From assembly GCA_040954595.2 (NCBI GenBank), contig CM082576.2:11535129-11599128 (forward strand): DNA of 64,000 nucleotides, in the 5' to 3' direction. Position 1 is the stretch's first letter; each line of letters starts with the position of its first letter. This stretch comes from Balanoglossus misakiensis (lineage: Eukaryota; Animalia; Hemichordata). The notes under the pieces are model-generated. The model had not been told where the DNA came from. It did no database searches and saw nothing but the letters and a program-made list of their open reading frames with translations. Positions 63,626-64,000 of this stretch are shown one piece after another. A program made the position numbers and the translations under genes.

Positions 63626-64000
63626 TTGTTTTTATTAAAGTGGAGACATCGTTCCCAATCCATGATTCTAAAAATGTGTGACCTGGTTTTACCATCCAGT
63701 CGTGATAATGTTCTCCATTGAAATATTTGTCTCGCCAATCCATTTACACTGAGTGTAATGCCAAGTCTGATAAGACAATGGGTCACTAGACCCGAAGCAA
63801 TGTGAACTTTGATGCATTGTGAAATTTTCGGATATCTTGTAAATCATATGGATGATTTATATCAGATTGTGGCTTATAACGCCCCCAACGTTAGAAACAC
63901 GATAGGCAAACTGTGACCTTTCAACTTATATTACATTTGAAATCCCCAGCACAGTGAAAGTGCGAGACGCAATGTTTGCAGAGTATATTACGAAAACAGT

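Noticed and set aside
1-64000. CRISPR arrays, tRNA/rRNA genes, operons or autonomous transposases
   Set aside because: No regularly spaced repeats, tRNA cloverleafs, rRNA motifs or transposase/RT ORFs were seen; the sequence is spliceosomal-intron-rich eukaryotic DNA.

Overview
AT-rich, intron-containing animal genomic DNA, most likely from an invertebrate (inferred from gene content, GT-AG introns and MITEs). Reading splice sites and phases by hand gives ten protein-coding genes: GON7-like (-), C14orf119/DUF4508 (+), CEBPZOS (-), SLC30A6/ZnT6 (+), MIS18BP1/KNL2 (-), GLO1 (+), SDHAF1 (-), TASP1 (+) and two tandem peptidase-C45 (Tan-like) hydrolases (+). The first eight form four head-to-head pairs. 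One MIS18BP1 intron holds two adjacent MITEs (Kolobok/T2-like and P-element-like). I found no recognisable long CDS at 1-11 kb or 17-29.5 kb. Best novelty candidates: a spliced minus-strand unit at ~23.3-26.5 kb with a 31-aa smORF and two RFX X-boxes; a spliced 88-aa upstream ORF before C14orf119; a KNL2 that keeps SANTA and the CENP-C-like motif but appears to lack SANT; the duplicated Tan-like hydrolases; and a pre-miRNA-like hairpin. Family assignments come from recalled sequence motifs; no searches were run.
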